Shown piece after piece: positions 36,331-46,320 of a DNA stretch of 64,000 nucleotides. The translations under genes and the position numbers were made by a program. The stretch comes from Brevundimonas sp. Lineage in GTDB: Bacteria; Pseudomonadota; Alphaproteobacteria; Caulobacterales; Caulobacteraceae. The stretch lies in assembly GCA_046294385.1 (NCBI GenBank), contig JBKBJW010000001.1:131588-195587 (forward strand), written 5' to 3'. Under the pieces are notes generated by a model, which searched no databases, was not told the DNA's origin, and saw only the letters and a list, made by a program, of their open reading frames with translations. The stretch's first letter is position 1. Every line of letters begins with the position of its first letter.

Positions 36331-38973
36331 ATGTCCAGCCTGAAGCAGATCCGCAGCACCTTCCTCGACTATTTCGCGGCCGACGGGCACGCCAAGGTCC
36401 ACTCGGCCCCGCTGGTGCCGCAGAACGACCCGACCCTGCTGTTCGTCAATGCCGGCATGGTGCCGTTCAAGGACTACTTCACCGGCGCCGCCACGCCCCC
36501 CTATCCGCGCGCGACCTCGAGCCAGAAGTGCGTCCGCGCGGGCGGCAAGCACAACGATCTCGACAACGTCGGCTACACCGCGCGCCACCTGACCTTCTTC
36601 GAAATGCTGGGGAATTTCAGCTTCGGTGACTACTTCAAGGACCACGCGATCGACGCGGCCTGGACGCTGGTGACGAAGGACTTCGGCCTCGACCCGAAAC
36701 GCCTGCTGGTCACCGTCTACGCCGATGATCAGGAGGCCTTCGACATCTGGAAGAAGGTCACGGGCTTCTCCGACGACAAGATCATCCGCATCGCCACCAG
36801 CGATAACTTCTGGGCCATGGGCGACAACGGCCCGTGCGGCCCCTGCACCGAGATTTTCTGGGACTATGGCGATCACGTCCCCGGCGGCCCTCCGGGTTCG
36901 CCCGACGAGGACGGCGACCGGTATGTGGAGATCTGGAACAACGTCTTCATGCAGTTCGAGAAGGAGAACGACGAGATCGTCCGTTCCCTTCCGAAGCCGT
37001 CGGTCGACACCGGCATGGGGCTGGAGCGGATCGCGAGCGTGCTTCAGGGCAAGAACTCGGTGTTCGACACCGACCTGTTCCAGACCCTGATCGCGGCCAG
37101 CGCCGACGCGACCTCGACCGATCCGAACGGCGACATGGCGGCCAGCCACCGGGTCATCGCCGACCACCTGCGCTCGTCGTCCTTCCTGATCGCGGACGGG
37201 GTCACGCCCTCGAACGAGGGCCGCGGCTATGTGCTGCGCCGGATCATGCGCCGGGCCATGCGCCACGCCCACCTTCTGGGCGCCGCCGATCCGCTGATGC
37301 ACCGGCTGGTGCCGACGCTGGTGGACGAGATGGGCGAGGCCTTCCCCGAGCTGAAGCGCGCCCAGGCCTTCGTCGAGGACACCCTCAAGCAGGAGGAGCT
37401 CCGCTTCCGCACCACCCTGTCGAAGGGCATGACCCTGTTCGACACGGCGGTTCAGGGCTTCAGGCCCGGCGACATGCTGGACGGCCAGACCGCCTTCACC
37501 CTGTCCGACACCTACGGCTTCCCGCTGGACCTGACCCAAGACGAGGCGCGCCGGCGGGGCTATTCCGTCAACGTCGCCGGGTTCGAGGACGCGATGGCGC
37601 AACAGCGCGAACGCAGCCGCGAACACTGGAAGGGATCAGGCCAGACCGCCTCGACCAGCGATTGGCTGGCCCTGCGCGAAAAGCACGGCGCGACCGCCTT
37701 CACCGGCTATGACGCCGTCGAGGGGACCGGCAAGGTCCTGGCGATCATGGTCGAGGCCAAGCCCGCCGAGCGCGCCGAAGCCGGCCAGTTCGCCGAGCTC
37801 CTGTTCGACCGCACACCCTTCTACGGCGAGGGCGGCGGGCAGGCCGGCGACAAGGGCGAGATCACGTGGTCGGGCGGTTCCGCCACCGTGCTGGACGTTC
37901 AGCGCATGGCCGGCGACCTCTATGCCCACAAGGTCGAGATCACCTCAGGCGCGCTCAGCGTCGGCGATGAGGCCGGCCTGACGGTGTCGGCCGCCGCGCG
38001 CCGCACGACCCGCGCCAACCACTCGGCCGCGCACCTGCTGCACAAGGCCCTGTCGAATGTGCTCGGCGCCCACGTGGCGCAGAAGGGCCAGATGGTCGAC
38101 GCCGAACGCCTGCGCTTCGACTTCAGCCACAACGCCCCCGTCACCGAGGACGAACTGGCGCAGATGGAGGCTGAGGTGAACGCGGTCATCCGCCAGAACC
38201 TGCCCGCCGAGACGAAGATGATGGCCCCGCAGGAAGCCATCGAGGCCGGCGCCGTCGCCCTGTTCGGCGAGAAATACGGCGACGAGGTCCGCGTGCTGAC
38301 GCTGGGCCGCGCGCTGGATGGGGATGGCCCCTATTCGGTCGAGCTGTGCGGCGGCACCCACGTGGCCCGTACCGGCGACATCGCCCTGTTCAAGATCGTG
38401 TCCGAAGGCGGTATCGCCTCCGGCGTGCGCCGCATCGAGGCCCTGACCGGCGAGGCCGCGCGCCTTTACATCGAAGGCCAGGCCGGGGTCGCCCGCCGCC
38501 TCGCCCAGGGCTTCAAGATCCAGCCCGGCGACGTGCCGGCGCGGGTCGAGGCCCTGACTACGTCCGTCAAGTCGCTGGAGAAGCAGGTCGCCGATCTGAA
38601 GAAGCAGCTGGCGCTCGGCGGCGGTTCGGGCGCGAGCGCGGCACCGGAAGAGATCAATGGCGTCAAGCTGATCGCCCGCGTTCTGGACGGCGTCGACGGC
38701 AAGGGCCTGCGCGGCGTGGCCGAGGACTTCCGCAAACAGGTCGGCACGGGCGTCGTCGCCCTGATCGGCGTAACGGACGGCAAGGCCGCCGTGACCGTGG
38801 CCGTGACCAGCGACCTGACCGGCACCGTCAACGCCGCGGACCTGGCGCGCGCAGCCGTCATCGCCATGGGCGGCCAGGGTGCGGGCGGCAAGCCTGACTT
38901 CGCCCAGGGCGGCGCGCCGGACGGGTCACAGGCCGAAGCGGGGCTGGCGGCGGTGCGGGCTGCTCTGGCCTAG
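36331..38973 (+). CDS. alaS: Alanyl-tRNA synthetase
   Basis: 'DPTLLFVNAGM', 'FEMLGNFSFGDYFK', 'ELCGGTH' and 'GVRRIEA'. Confidence 0.99.
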   Translation: MSSLKQIRSTFLDYFAADGHAKVHSAPLVPQNDPTLLFVNAGMVPFKDYFTGAATPPYPRATSSQKCVRAGGKHNDLDNVGYTARHLTFFEMLGNFSFGDYFKDHAIDAAWTLVTKDFGLDPKRLLVTVYADDQEAFDIWKKVTGFSDDKIIRIATSDNFWAMGDNGPCGPCTEIFWDYGDHVPGGPPGSPDEDGDRYVEIWNNVFMQFEKENDEIVRSLPKPSVDTGMGLERIASVLQGKNSVFDTDLFQTLIAASADATSTDPNGDMAASHRVIADHLRSSSFLIADGVTPSNEGRGYVLRRIMRRAMRHAHLLGAADPLMHRLVPTLVDEMGEAFPELKRAQAFVEDTLKQEELRFRTTLSKGMTLFDTAVQGFRPGDMLDGQTAFTLSDTYGFPLDLTQDEARRRGYSVNVAGFEDAMAQQRERSREHWKGSGQTASTSDWLALREKHGATAFTGYDAVEGTGKVLAIMVEAKPAERAEAGQFAELLFDRTPFYGEGGGQAGDKGEITWSGGSATVLDVQRMAGDLYAHKVEITSGALSVGDEAGLTVSAAARRTTRANHSAAHLLHKALSNVLGAHVAQKGQMVDAERLRFDFSHNAPVTEDELAQMEAEVNAVIRQNLPAETKMMAPQEAIEAGAVALFGEKYGDEVRVLTLGRALDGDGPYSVELCGGTHVARTGDIALFKIVSEGGIASGVRRIEALTGEAARLYIEGQAGVARRLAQGFKIQPGDVPARVEALTTSVKSLEKQVADLKKQLALGGGSGASAAPEEINGVKLIARVLDGVDGKGLRGVAEDFRKQVGTGVVALIGVTDGKAAVTVAVTSDLTGTVNAADLARAAVIAMGGQGAGGKPDFAQGGAPDGSQAEAGLAAVRAALA

Positions 38974-39545
38974 TTGGCCGCCTGCCCCGGTTCGCGGTCG
39001 GGGTTGATGTCCACGCCGGACAGCTTCCAGCCGAAGAGGCCCTTGCGCGTCATCAGCAGGGTCAGCTTCTGCTCCGGGTCGTCCGCCTGGGTGAGCGTGA
39101 CAGTGAAGGTGTTGAGGTCGCGGAAGCCGTAGCTCTGCTTGACTTCGTCACCTGCGGCGGCGGCATCAGCGGCGGGCTCGCGATTACGCAGACGGCGGGT
39201 CGGGTCGGGCGTCTCGCCGGTCTTGACCAGCTCGGCGATGACTTCCGGCGTGATCAAGAGATCCACAGCGCCGTTCACCAGCCCGGGGGCCAGGATCATG
39301 CCCAGACCCGACAGTGCCGTGTCGCCCAGCCGATTGTCCATGCGCAGCTTCGCGACCATCTCGTCGCGCAGTTCGTCCTTCAGGCTGGAACGGAAGGCAG
39401 GGAAGTCCACCAGCCGGCGCAGCGCGGCCTCGTCTCCGGCTTTCGCCGCCTCGGTCAGGTCGCGCGCGGCCAGCACCGGGGTGCCGAAATACGCAGCCGC
39501 GAAGCCGACCACGGCGACGCCGATAAGGGTGGGAATCAGTTTCAT
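38970..39545 (-). CDS. DUF2939 protein
   Basis: N-terminal TM, 'LVDFPAFRSSLK' and 'GLFGWKLSGV'. Confidence 0.8.
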   Translation of the reverse strand: MKLIPTLIGVAVVGFAAAYFGTPVLAARDLTEAAKAGDEAALRRLVDFPAFRSSLKDELRDEMVAKLRMDNRLGDTALSGLGMILAPGLVNGAVDLLITPEVIAELVKTGETPDPTRRLRNREPAADAAAAGDEVKQSYGFRDLNTFTVTLTQADDPEQKLTLLMTRKGLFGWKLSGVDINPDREPGQAAN

Positions 39546-39612
39546 CGGCGGTTCCTCCGGGTCTTTGAACGCCCGCTAATGGCTACGGTTGCTGTGAGTC
39601 GCCTCGATGACG

Positions 39613-40242
39613 TCAGGGTTTCTCGCCCTGGTCGTTTTTCGGGGGCGCGACAGGTGCTGTGCCGTCAGGCAGGCCGATGTGGACCAGCTTCCATTCGAAC
39701 GGTCCCTTGCGCTCGAAGGTGAAGACCGTGTCGGACCCGCCCTCGTCCGCCACCGACATCCGGGCACGGTTCATGCCCCAGTAAACCGGGTGCGGGATTG
39801 GCGCACCGGTCGCGGCCTCGGCTTCAGGCTGGGCCGCATAGCGGCCCTGGCCCTTGGTCAGGGCGGCGATGGCTGCGGGGGTCAGGTAGGTGTCCACGTC
39901 CGGCCCGGCGGGGGCGGTGCGCGCCTCGATCTCGCGCCGGACGGCACCGATGGGGTCCTCGATGAAGGACGGCGCCGGGGCCATGGCCGCCGGATTGCCC
40001 GACATCTGGGGCCGCAGCGACTGGCGCACGGCGGCGAAGTCGATCAGGCGCGACAGACCCGCCACGTCATTGGCCTCGGCCGCCGACCGGATGCCGAAAA
40101 AGGCCACGGCCGGTGCCGCGAAGAAGCTGACCACAGCGCCGATAACCGCCAGCATGATCAGATTGCCCAGGAAGCCGCCCGCGCCGCCGCCCTTGCGCTT
40201 CTTCTTCGCCCATACAGGCTGATGGACTTGATCTTCGGACAA
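39613..40242 (-). CDS. DUF2939 protein (paralog)
   Basis: 'LIDFAAVRQSL' and 'GPFEWKLVHI'; TTG start inferred. Confidence 0.75.
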   Translation of the reverse strand: MSEDQVHQPVWAKKKRKGGGAGGFLGNLIMLAVIGAVVSFFAAPAVAFFGIRSAAEANDVAGLSRLIDFAAVRQSLRPQMSGNPAAMAPAPSFIEDPIGAVRREIEARTAPAGPDVDTYLTPAAIAALTKGQGRYAAQPEAEAATGAPIPHPVYWGMNRARMSVADEGGSDTVFTFERKGPFEWKLVHIGLPDGTAPVAPPKNDQGEKP

Positions 40243-40386
40243 AGCGAAATCCCCTCGTAGTCGGGCCCCATGAATGCACGAACGCCGCGACACGACAACG
40301 ACGCCCGCGCCACACACGGATATCGATCTGTTCTGCCGGAGACCCGGGTTGAGGAACCCGACGCGAATCGCCACCTTCTACGCATC

Positions 40387-42885
40387 ATGTCCGACCGCCC
40401 AACAGGTCAGGCCCCGTCGCGCGTCGTCGCGGTGCTGGGGCCCACCAACACCGGCAAGACCCACCTGGCGGTCGAGCGGATGCTGGGCCACGCCTCGGGG
40501 ATGATCGGCCTGCCGCTGAGGCTGCTGGCGCGCGAAATCTACGACCGCATCGTCAAACGGCGGGGCGCAAACGCCGTGGCCCTGGTCACGGGCGAAGAGA
40601 AGATCATCCCTGCCCGCCCCCATTTCTGGGTCTGCACCGTCGAGGCCATGCCGCTCGAGCGGACGGTCGAGTTCCTGGCCATCGACGAGATCCAGCTGGT
40701 CGCGGACCCGGAGCGCGGCCACGTCTTCACCCAGCGGCTTCTGCACGCACGCGGCCGGCTGGAGACCATGTTCCTGGGGGCCGGCACGGTCGCGCCGCTG
40801 GTCCGGTCGCTGATCCCCGACGTGGAGATCGTCACCCGCCCCCGCCTGTCGCAGCTGACCTATGCGGGATCCAAGAAGCTGACCCGCCTGCCCCGGCGCA
40901 GCGCCATCGTCGCCTTCTCAACGGATCAGGTCTACGCCATCGCCGAGCTGATCCGGCGCCAGCGCGGCGGGGCGGCTGTGGTGATGGGCAGCCTGTCGCC
41001 CCGCACCCGCAACGCCCAGGTCGAGCTGTTCCAGTCCGGCGAGGTCGACTTCCTGGTCGCCACCGACGCCATCGGCATGGGGCTGAACATGGACGTCGAC
41101 CATGTGGCCTTCGCCGGCCTGAGAAAGTTCGACGGCCGCCGCACCCGCTGGCTGCACGCCCACGAGATCGGCCAGATCGCAGGCCGCGCGGGCCGGCACA
41201 TGCGCGACGGCACGTTCGGCGTCACCGGCGAGGCCGAGGATCTGGACGCCGATCTGGTCGAACAGGTGGTCGAGCATCGCTTCGATCCGGTGGAGGGGGC
41301 GGAGTGGCGCAATGCGCGGCTGGACTTCGACACCCTTCCGGACCTGTTGCGGTCGCTGACGGTCACGCCGGGGGTGCATGGCCTGAAACTGACCGGCCAG
41401 GCGCTGGACGAGACCCTGTTGCGCCGGGCGATGAAGGACGAGGACGTGCAACGCATCGCCCGCTCGCGCGGCGCCCTGATGCGGCTGTGGGAGGCCTGCC
41501 AGCTGCCGGACTTCCAGAAGACGACGCTGGACGAGCATGCGCGACTGGCCAAGGAGATCTTCCACGCCCTGACCGGCAAGGGCGGGCGGCTGGGCGAGGA
41601 CTGGGTCGCGCCGCGCTTCGCCGACCTTGACCGCACCGACGGCCAGATCGACCAGCTGTCGGCGCGGCTCAGCGGGGTGCGGACGCTGGCCTATATCGCC
41701 AACCGGCCCGACTGGCTGCATGGAGCGCAAGCCTGGCGCGACCGGACGCGCGAGCTGGAGGTGCGGCTGTCCGACGTGCTGCACGAAAGGCTGACCGCCC
41801 GCTTCGTCGACCGTCGCACAACCGCCCTGATGCGGGCCCTGAACGTCACCGAGGACGCCAGCGCCATGGTCGAGGCCGAAGGCGCGGTCGTGGTCGAGGG
41901 CCATGTGGTCGGCCGCCTCGACGGCGTGGTGTTCCAGCCGGACAAGGGATCGTCGGCGCTCGAGGACCGGGCGCTGCGCACCGCTGCGAAACAGGCCGTC
42001 GCGCCTGAGATCGCGCGGCGACTGGGCCGGCTGGCGGCGGACGGGGACGAGGCGTTCGGCGTCACGCCCGCCGGCGACGTCCTGTGGCGCGGGGCCCTCG
42101 CGGGCAAGGTCATGGCACCCGGCGATCCGTTCGCACCCCGGGTGCGGCTGCTGGGCGAGCTGGGGCCGCAAGCCGCGCGCGACCGGGCTCAGGGGCGGCT
42201 GGAGGCCTGGCTGGCGGCAGAAGCCGGGCGGGCGCTGAAACCTCTGCGACGGCTGCGACAGGCAGTCGAGAGTGGTGCCCTGAAGGGTTTGCCGCGGGGC
42301 ATTGCCTTCCGGCTAGTCGAGGCCGGCGGCGTCATCGACCGTCGAGCCATCGAGCGCGACCTGACGGCGCTCAGCCAGCAGGAGCGGCGCACCCTCAAGA
42401 CCTTCGGTGTGCGCCTCGGTGCCCACTCCGTCTGGCTGCCCGACGTGCTGAAGGCGCGTGGCAAGGCGCTGGCCCAGGCCCATGCGGGCGAAACGCTGAC
42501 CCTCGCCGCGACCGGCCTGACCGCCCTGCCCGACACGCCGCCGTCACCCCGCGCTCTCTCCGCCCACGGTCTGCGCGCCGTCGGCCGCTTGGCCGCACCT
42601 GTCGAGGTGCTGGAGCGGATGGCGGAGCTGCGCTCTGCGGGCAAAAGCCAGCTTTCCGGGTCCGCGCTCGCCGAACTCGCCTGGACCGAGGCCCAGGCGA
42701 AACAGGTGCTCACGGTGCTCAAGGGTGTGCGTGCCGACGTCGAACCGCCCCGCAAGCCGATGAAGGACTCGCCCTTTGCCGCACTGGCCGCGCTGAACGC
42801 CGAACCGGCCAGCTCGCGCCGCCGACGCCGGCCGCGCCGTGGAGGCTTGCCTAAGCGGGGTGGAGCGGCTTTGACGGACCCATGA
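40387..42885 (+). CDS. SF2 helicase (Suv3/MgpS-like)
   Basis: 'LGPTNTGKT', 'DEIQ', 'ATDAIGMGLN' and 'QIAGRAGR'. Confidence 0.92.
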   Translation: MSDRPTGQAPSRVVAVLGPTNTGKTHLAVERMLGHASGMIGLPLRLLAREIYDRIVKRRGANAVALVTGEEKIIPARPHFWVCTVEAMPLERTVEFLAIDEIQLVADPERGHVFTQRLLHARGRLETMFLGAGTVAPLVRSLIPDVEIVTRPRLSQLTYAGSKKLTRLPRRSAIVAFSTDQVYAIAELIRRQRGGAAVVMGSLSPRTRNAQVELFQSGEVDFLVATDAIGMGLNMDVDHVAFAGLRKFDGRRTRWLHAHEIGQIAGRAGRHMRDGTFGVTGEAEDLDADLVEQVVEHRFDPVEGAEWRNARLDFDTLPDLLRSLTVTPGVHGLKLTGQALDETLLRRAMKDEDVQRIARSRGALMRLWEACQLPDFQKTTLDEHARLAKEIFHALTGKGGRLGEDWVAPRFADLDRTDGQIDQLSARLSGVRTLAYIANRPDWLHGAQAWRDRTRELEVRLSDVLHERLTARFVDRRTTALMRALNVTEDASAMVEAEGAVVVEGHVVGRLDGVVFQPDKGSSALEDRALRTAAKQAVAPEIARRLGRLAADGDEAFGVTPAGDVLWRGALAGKVMAPGDPFAPRVRLLGELGPQAARDRAQGRLEAWLAAEAGRALKPLRRLRQAVESGALKGLPRGIAFRLVEAGGVIDRRAIERDLTALSQQERRTLKTFGVRLGAHSVWLPDVLKARGKALAQAHAGETLTLAATGLTALPDTPPSPRALSAHGLRAVGRLAAPVEVLERMAELRSAGKSQLSGSALAELAWTEAQAKQVLTVLKGVRADVEPPRKPMKDSPFAALAALNAEPASSRRRRRPRRGGLPKRGGAALTDP

Positions 42886-44204
42886 GCCCCTTCCAGTCCG
42901 TTCTGGCCAACAACCTGGTGGCCAACATCACCAACTTCACGGTGTGGTTCGCCGTGACCTTCTGGGTCTATCTCGAGACCCGTTCGGTCTTTGCCACCAG
43001 CGTGATCGCGGGTCTGTATCTTGTGCTGACCGCCGGGCTAGCATTCTGGCTGGGCAGCCTGGTGGACCATCATCGCAAGAAGCGGGTGATGATGGCGTCC
43101 AGCGCCGTGTCGGCCTCATTCTATTCGGTGGCTCTGGGATTGCTTCTGGCAACGCCGGAGACGGCCATGCGTCAGGTTGCGGGCCCGGCCCTGTGGGCCT
43201 TTGTCGGCCTCCTCATGCTGGGCGTGATTGCCGGCAACATTCGCTCCATCGCCCTGCCGACCCTGGTCACTGTTCTGGTGCCGGAAGACCGACGCGACCG
43301 CGCCAATGGCCTGGTCGGCATGGTGACCGGGATCGGCTTTCTGACCACGTCGGTCATCTCAGGATTCCTGGTCGCCCGCACCGGGATGGCGGGCACACTC
43401 GTCTTCGCCCTGGTCCTGACCGCCTCGGCCTTCTTCCACCTGCGCTTTGTCCGGGTGGATGAGCCCGATCCGCAGGCGGCGTCAGCGAACCCCGACGGCA
43501 CGCCGGGCCGCCGACGGGTCGATCTCAGGGGCACGCTGGCGGTGGTCGGTGCCGTGCCGGGGCTCTTTGCGTTGATCCTGTTCGCGACGTTCAACAACTT
43601 CCTCGGCGGCGTCTTCATGGCCCTGCTCGACGCCTATGCCCTGTCGCTGATGGCGGTGCAGCACTGGGGCTTGCTGCTGGGCTGCGTCTCGACCGGCTTC
43701 ATCCTTGCCGGGCTGGTCATCTCCCGCACGGGCCTGGGCAAGAGCCCGTTGCGCACCCTGATGCTGGTCAACCTGGCCGCTTGGGCTTCCGCCGCCGTCT
43801 TCACGATCCAGCCCTGGATCTGGCTTCTCGCCGTCGGCTGCTTCGTCTGGTTCTTCATCAGCCCGGTCGCAGAAGCGGCCGAGCACACGACCCTGCAAAA
43901 GGTGGTGCCGTTTGAACGTCAGGGTCGGGTCTTCGGCTTCGCCCAGTCCGTCGAGCAGGCCGCCAGCCCCCTGACCGCTTTTCTTGTCGGCCCTCTGGCG
44001 CAGTTCATCGTCATACCGTTCATGTCCGAGGGCGGCGCGGGCGCTGCGGCGATCGGCGGCTGGTTCGGCACCGGGCCGGCACGCGGCCTGGCCCTGATCT
44101 TCAGCGTGGCCGGACTGATGGGCGTGCTCGCCACACTGGCGGCCTTGAACTCGCCCCAGTACCGGCGGCTCTCGCGCGTCTATGCCGAGAGCGCACAGCC
44201 TTGA
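42882..44204 (+). CDS. MFS transporter (DHA3-like efflux)
   Basis: About 12 TMs; 'GSLVDHHRKK' and 'QGRVFG'. Confidence 0.9.
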   Translation: MSPFQSVLANNLVANITNFTVWFAVTFWVYLETRSVFATSVIAGLYLVLTAGLAFWLGSLVDHHRKKRVMMASSAVSASFYSVALGLLLATPETAMRQVAGPALWAFVGLLMLGVIAGNIRSIALPTLVTVLVPEDRRDRANGLVGMVTGIGFLTTSVISGFLVARTGMAGTLVFALVLTASAFFHLRFVRVDEPDPQAASANPDGTPGRRRVDLRGTLAVVGAVPGLFALILFATFNNFLGGVFMALLDAYALSLMAVQHWGLLLGCVSTGFILAGLVISRTGLGKSPLRTLMLVNLAAWASAAVFTIQPWIWLLAVGCFVWFFISPVAEAAEHTTLQKVVPFERQGRVFGFAQSVEQAASPLTAFLVGPLAQFIVIPFMSEGGAGAAAIGGWFGTGPARGLALIFSVAGLMGVLATLAALNSPQYRRLSRVYAESAQP

Positions 44205-44491
44205 GCGAAACGTGCCGCATCGACCTTTGGCTCTGGCGCGCCCGGTTCGTGAAGACCCGCAGCCAAGCCGCCGCCCTGGTCGAAAGCGGCGCGATCCGGT
44301 TGACCCACAACGGCACCCAGGTCCGGCTGGACAAGCCTAGCCGCGCCGTCCATCCCGGCGATCGCCTGACATTCGCCTTGAACGGACGGCTTCATGATCT
44401 GGTGGTGGAGGCGCTTGGCACCCGCCGCGGGCCGCCTCCCGAGGCCCGCAGTCTCTATGCCGAACAGCGCAGCGACGCCCCGCCCGGTTGA
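44201..44491 (+). CDS. S4-domain RNA-binding protein (Hsp15)
   Basis: '[16 protein letters not shown]' and '[12 protein letters not shown]'. Confidence 0.88.
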   Translation: MSETCRIDLWLWRARFVKTRSQAAALVESGAIRLTHNGTQVRLDKPSRAVHPGDRLTFALNGRLHDLVVEALGTRRGPPPEARSLYAEQRSDAPPG

Positions 44492-44555
44492 CAGCCGTCG
44501 CCGCCGGGGTCATTTGCGCAGCCCGGCTCCCCGCACCTGCAAGTCCCGCCCGCCC

Positions 44556-44897
44556 ATGACCTACATCGTCACCGACGCCTGCGTGCGCTGCAAATTCATG
44601 GACTGCGTCGAGGTGTGCCCGGTCGACTGCTTCTACGAGGGCGAGAACTTCCTGGTCATCGCGCCGGATGAATGCATCGACTGCGGCGTCTGCGAGCCGG
44701 AATGCCCCGTCGACGCCATCAAGCCAGACACCGAGGACGAGCCCGACGGCAAGTGGCTGCAGGTCAATGCGGAATACGCCAAGGTCTGGCCGAACATCAC
44801 GGTCAAGGGCAAGCCGCCCGTCGATGCAGAGGCGTTTGAGCGCGAAACCGGCAAGTTCGAGAAATACTTCTCGGAAAAACCCGGCAAGGGTAACTGA
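44556..44897 (+). CDS. fdxA: 7Fe-type ferredoxin FdxA
   Basis: '[29 protein letters not shown]' and '[12 protein letters not shown]'. Confidence 0.93.
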   Translation: MTYIVTDACVRCKFMDCVEVCPVDCFYEGENFLVIAPDECIDCGVCEPECPVDAIKPDTEDEPDGKWLQVNAEYAKVWPNITVKGKPPVDAEAFERETGKFEKYFSEKPGKGN

Positions 44898-45194
44898 GCC
44901 CCATCCCGTCCCGGCGGCCTTTTGCCGCGACGGCGCAGCTGAAGCTGTGGATGTTTTGAATTTCCGCGTTTTTGTGATAGGTTCCTGTCATTGGGTCGGG
45001 CGGTAAGCGATTTTGTCGCGCCGCCCGAATTTGCGACAGAACTTCACCCACGAAGGTGAAGTCGGCCAGAGGTTGGGTGATCCGTTTCCGCTTTTGACGT
45101 CCAGGCCTTCCACCCCGGCGGTCCCCCGCCGGACGGAGGGCTTTTGCCGTCGGAACGACAACGCCACCCCGCTCCGGTCCAGAAAGGAACGACG

Positions 45195-45743
45195 ATGACG
45201 ACGACGAAAAGCGGTCTGGAATTCAAGGTTGGCGACGCGGTCGTCTATCCGGCGCACGGCGTCGGCAAGGTCGCGGCCGTCGAGGTCCAGGAAGTGGCCG
45301 GCATGTCGCTGGAAGTCTATGTCGTCACCTTCGACCACGAAAAGATGACCCTGCGCGTCCCCACCAAGAAGGCCAAGACTGCGGGCCTGCGCTCGCTGGC
45401 CGCCGATGACGTGGTGACCAAGGCCCTGACCACGCTGAAGGGCCGCGCCCGCATCAAGCGCACCATGTGGTCGCGCCGCGCCCAGGAATATGAAGCCAAG
45501 ATCAACTCGGGCGACCTGATCTCGATCGCCGAGGTGGTCCGCGACCTGCACCGCGCCGACAGCCAGCCGGAACAGTCCTATTCGGAGCGCCAGCTCTATG
45601 AATCGGCCCTGGATCGCATGGCCCGCGAAGTCGCCGCCGCGAATCGCATCGACAAGGACGCGGCGGTCGAGCTGCTGGCCAAGTCGCTGAGCGCCAAGAA
45701 GGCCGTGGTTGCCGCTGCTGAAGCGGAAGCCGAAGCCGCCTGA
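45195..45743 (+). CDS. carD: CarD/CdnL family transcription factor
   Basis: 'VVYPAHGVG' and 'MWSRRAQEYEAKINSGD'. Confidence 0.9.
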   Translation: MTTTKSGLEFKVGDAVVYPAHGVGKVAAVEVQEVAGMSLEVYVVTFDHEKMTLRVPTKKAKTAGLRSLAADDVVTKALTTLKGRARIKRTMWSRRAQEYEAKINSGDLISIAEVVRDLHRADSQPEQSYSERQLYESALDRMAREVAAANRIDKDAAVELLAKSLSAKKAVVAAAEAEAEAA

Positions 45744-45773
45744 TCCGCAGGCTTGAGACCTAGAGACCTATGA

Positions 45774-45803
45774 GAAAGGCCCGGGATCGTTCCCGGGCCT
45801 TTC
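45774..45803. terminator. Bidirectional intrinsic terminator
   Basis: GAAAGGCCCGGGA-tcgt-TCCCGGGCCTTTC. Confidence 0.8.
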
Positions 45804-45822
45804 GCCATTCCAGGGTCCCTTT

Positions 45823-46212
45823 CTAGGGGGGCGAGTTGGAGGGTGACCCAGAAATGGAGTCCAGGTAGGCGATCAGGTCCGCGATCTCCTGCGGTGTGAA
45901 CTGAAACTCGGGCATCGCCGGGTGGGCGGTCACAACGCCCTCGGCAAAGGCTTCCTGCAGGTCCGAGGCGGGATAGAAGGCACCCAGTTCGCGAAACGGC
46001 GGCGCGGCCTTCAAGGGACTGGCGTCAGAGCCCTCAACGGTATGGCACGAGGCGCACTGGGCGCGGGCCAGCATCCGACCGGCGTCAGCTGAGCCCGATA
46101 CGACATCCAGCCGCGTGACGGCCTGGTCCTGGGCAGCCGGTGCGGCCGCAGCCATGCATCCGCCGAGGATCAGGGCGAAACCGGCGGCGGCGATGGTGCG
46201 GGGACAGGGCAT
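45823..46212 (-). CDS. Monoheme cytochrome c (possible lipoprotein)
   Basis: CxxCH 'CASCH' and distal 'HPAMP'. Confidence 0.88.
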   Translation of the reverse strand: MPCPRTIAAAGFALILGGCMAAAAPAAQDQAVTRLDVVSGSADAGRMLARAQCASCHTVEGSDASPLKAAPPFRELGAFYPASDLQEAFAEGVVTAHPAMPEFQFTPQEIADLIAYLDSISGSPSNSPP

Positions 46213-46261
46213 GGGTGCTCCGATGACCCCTGCAAACTGAACGCATGCTCCGCTCGCCGCA

Positions 46262-46275
46262 TTGCGCTGGATCAA
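46262..46275. promoter_or_regulatory. FixK/Fnr-type box between divergent cytochrome c and usp genes
   Basis: TTGC-N6-TCAA (consensus TTGA-N6-TCAA). Confidence 0.65.
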
Positions 46276-46320
46276 GGCGCGGCGGCGCAGGTCGCGCTGT
46301 CATGGGGGCTGGAGGTTGCC

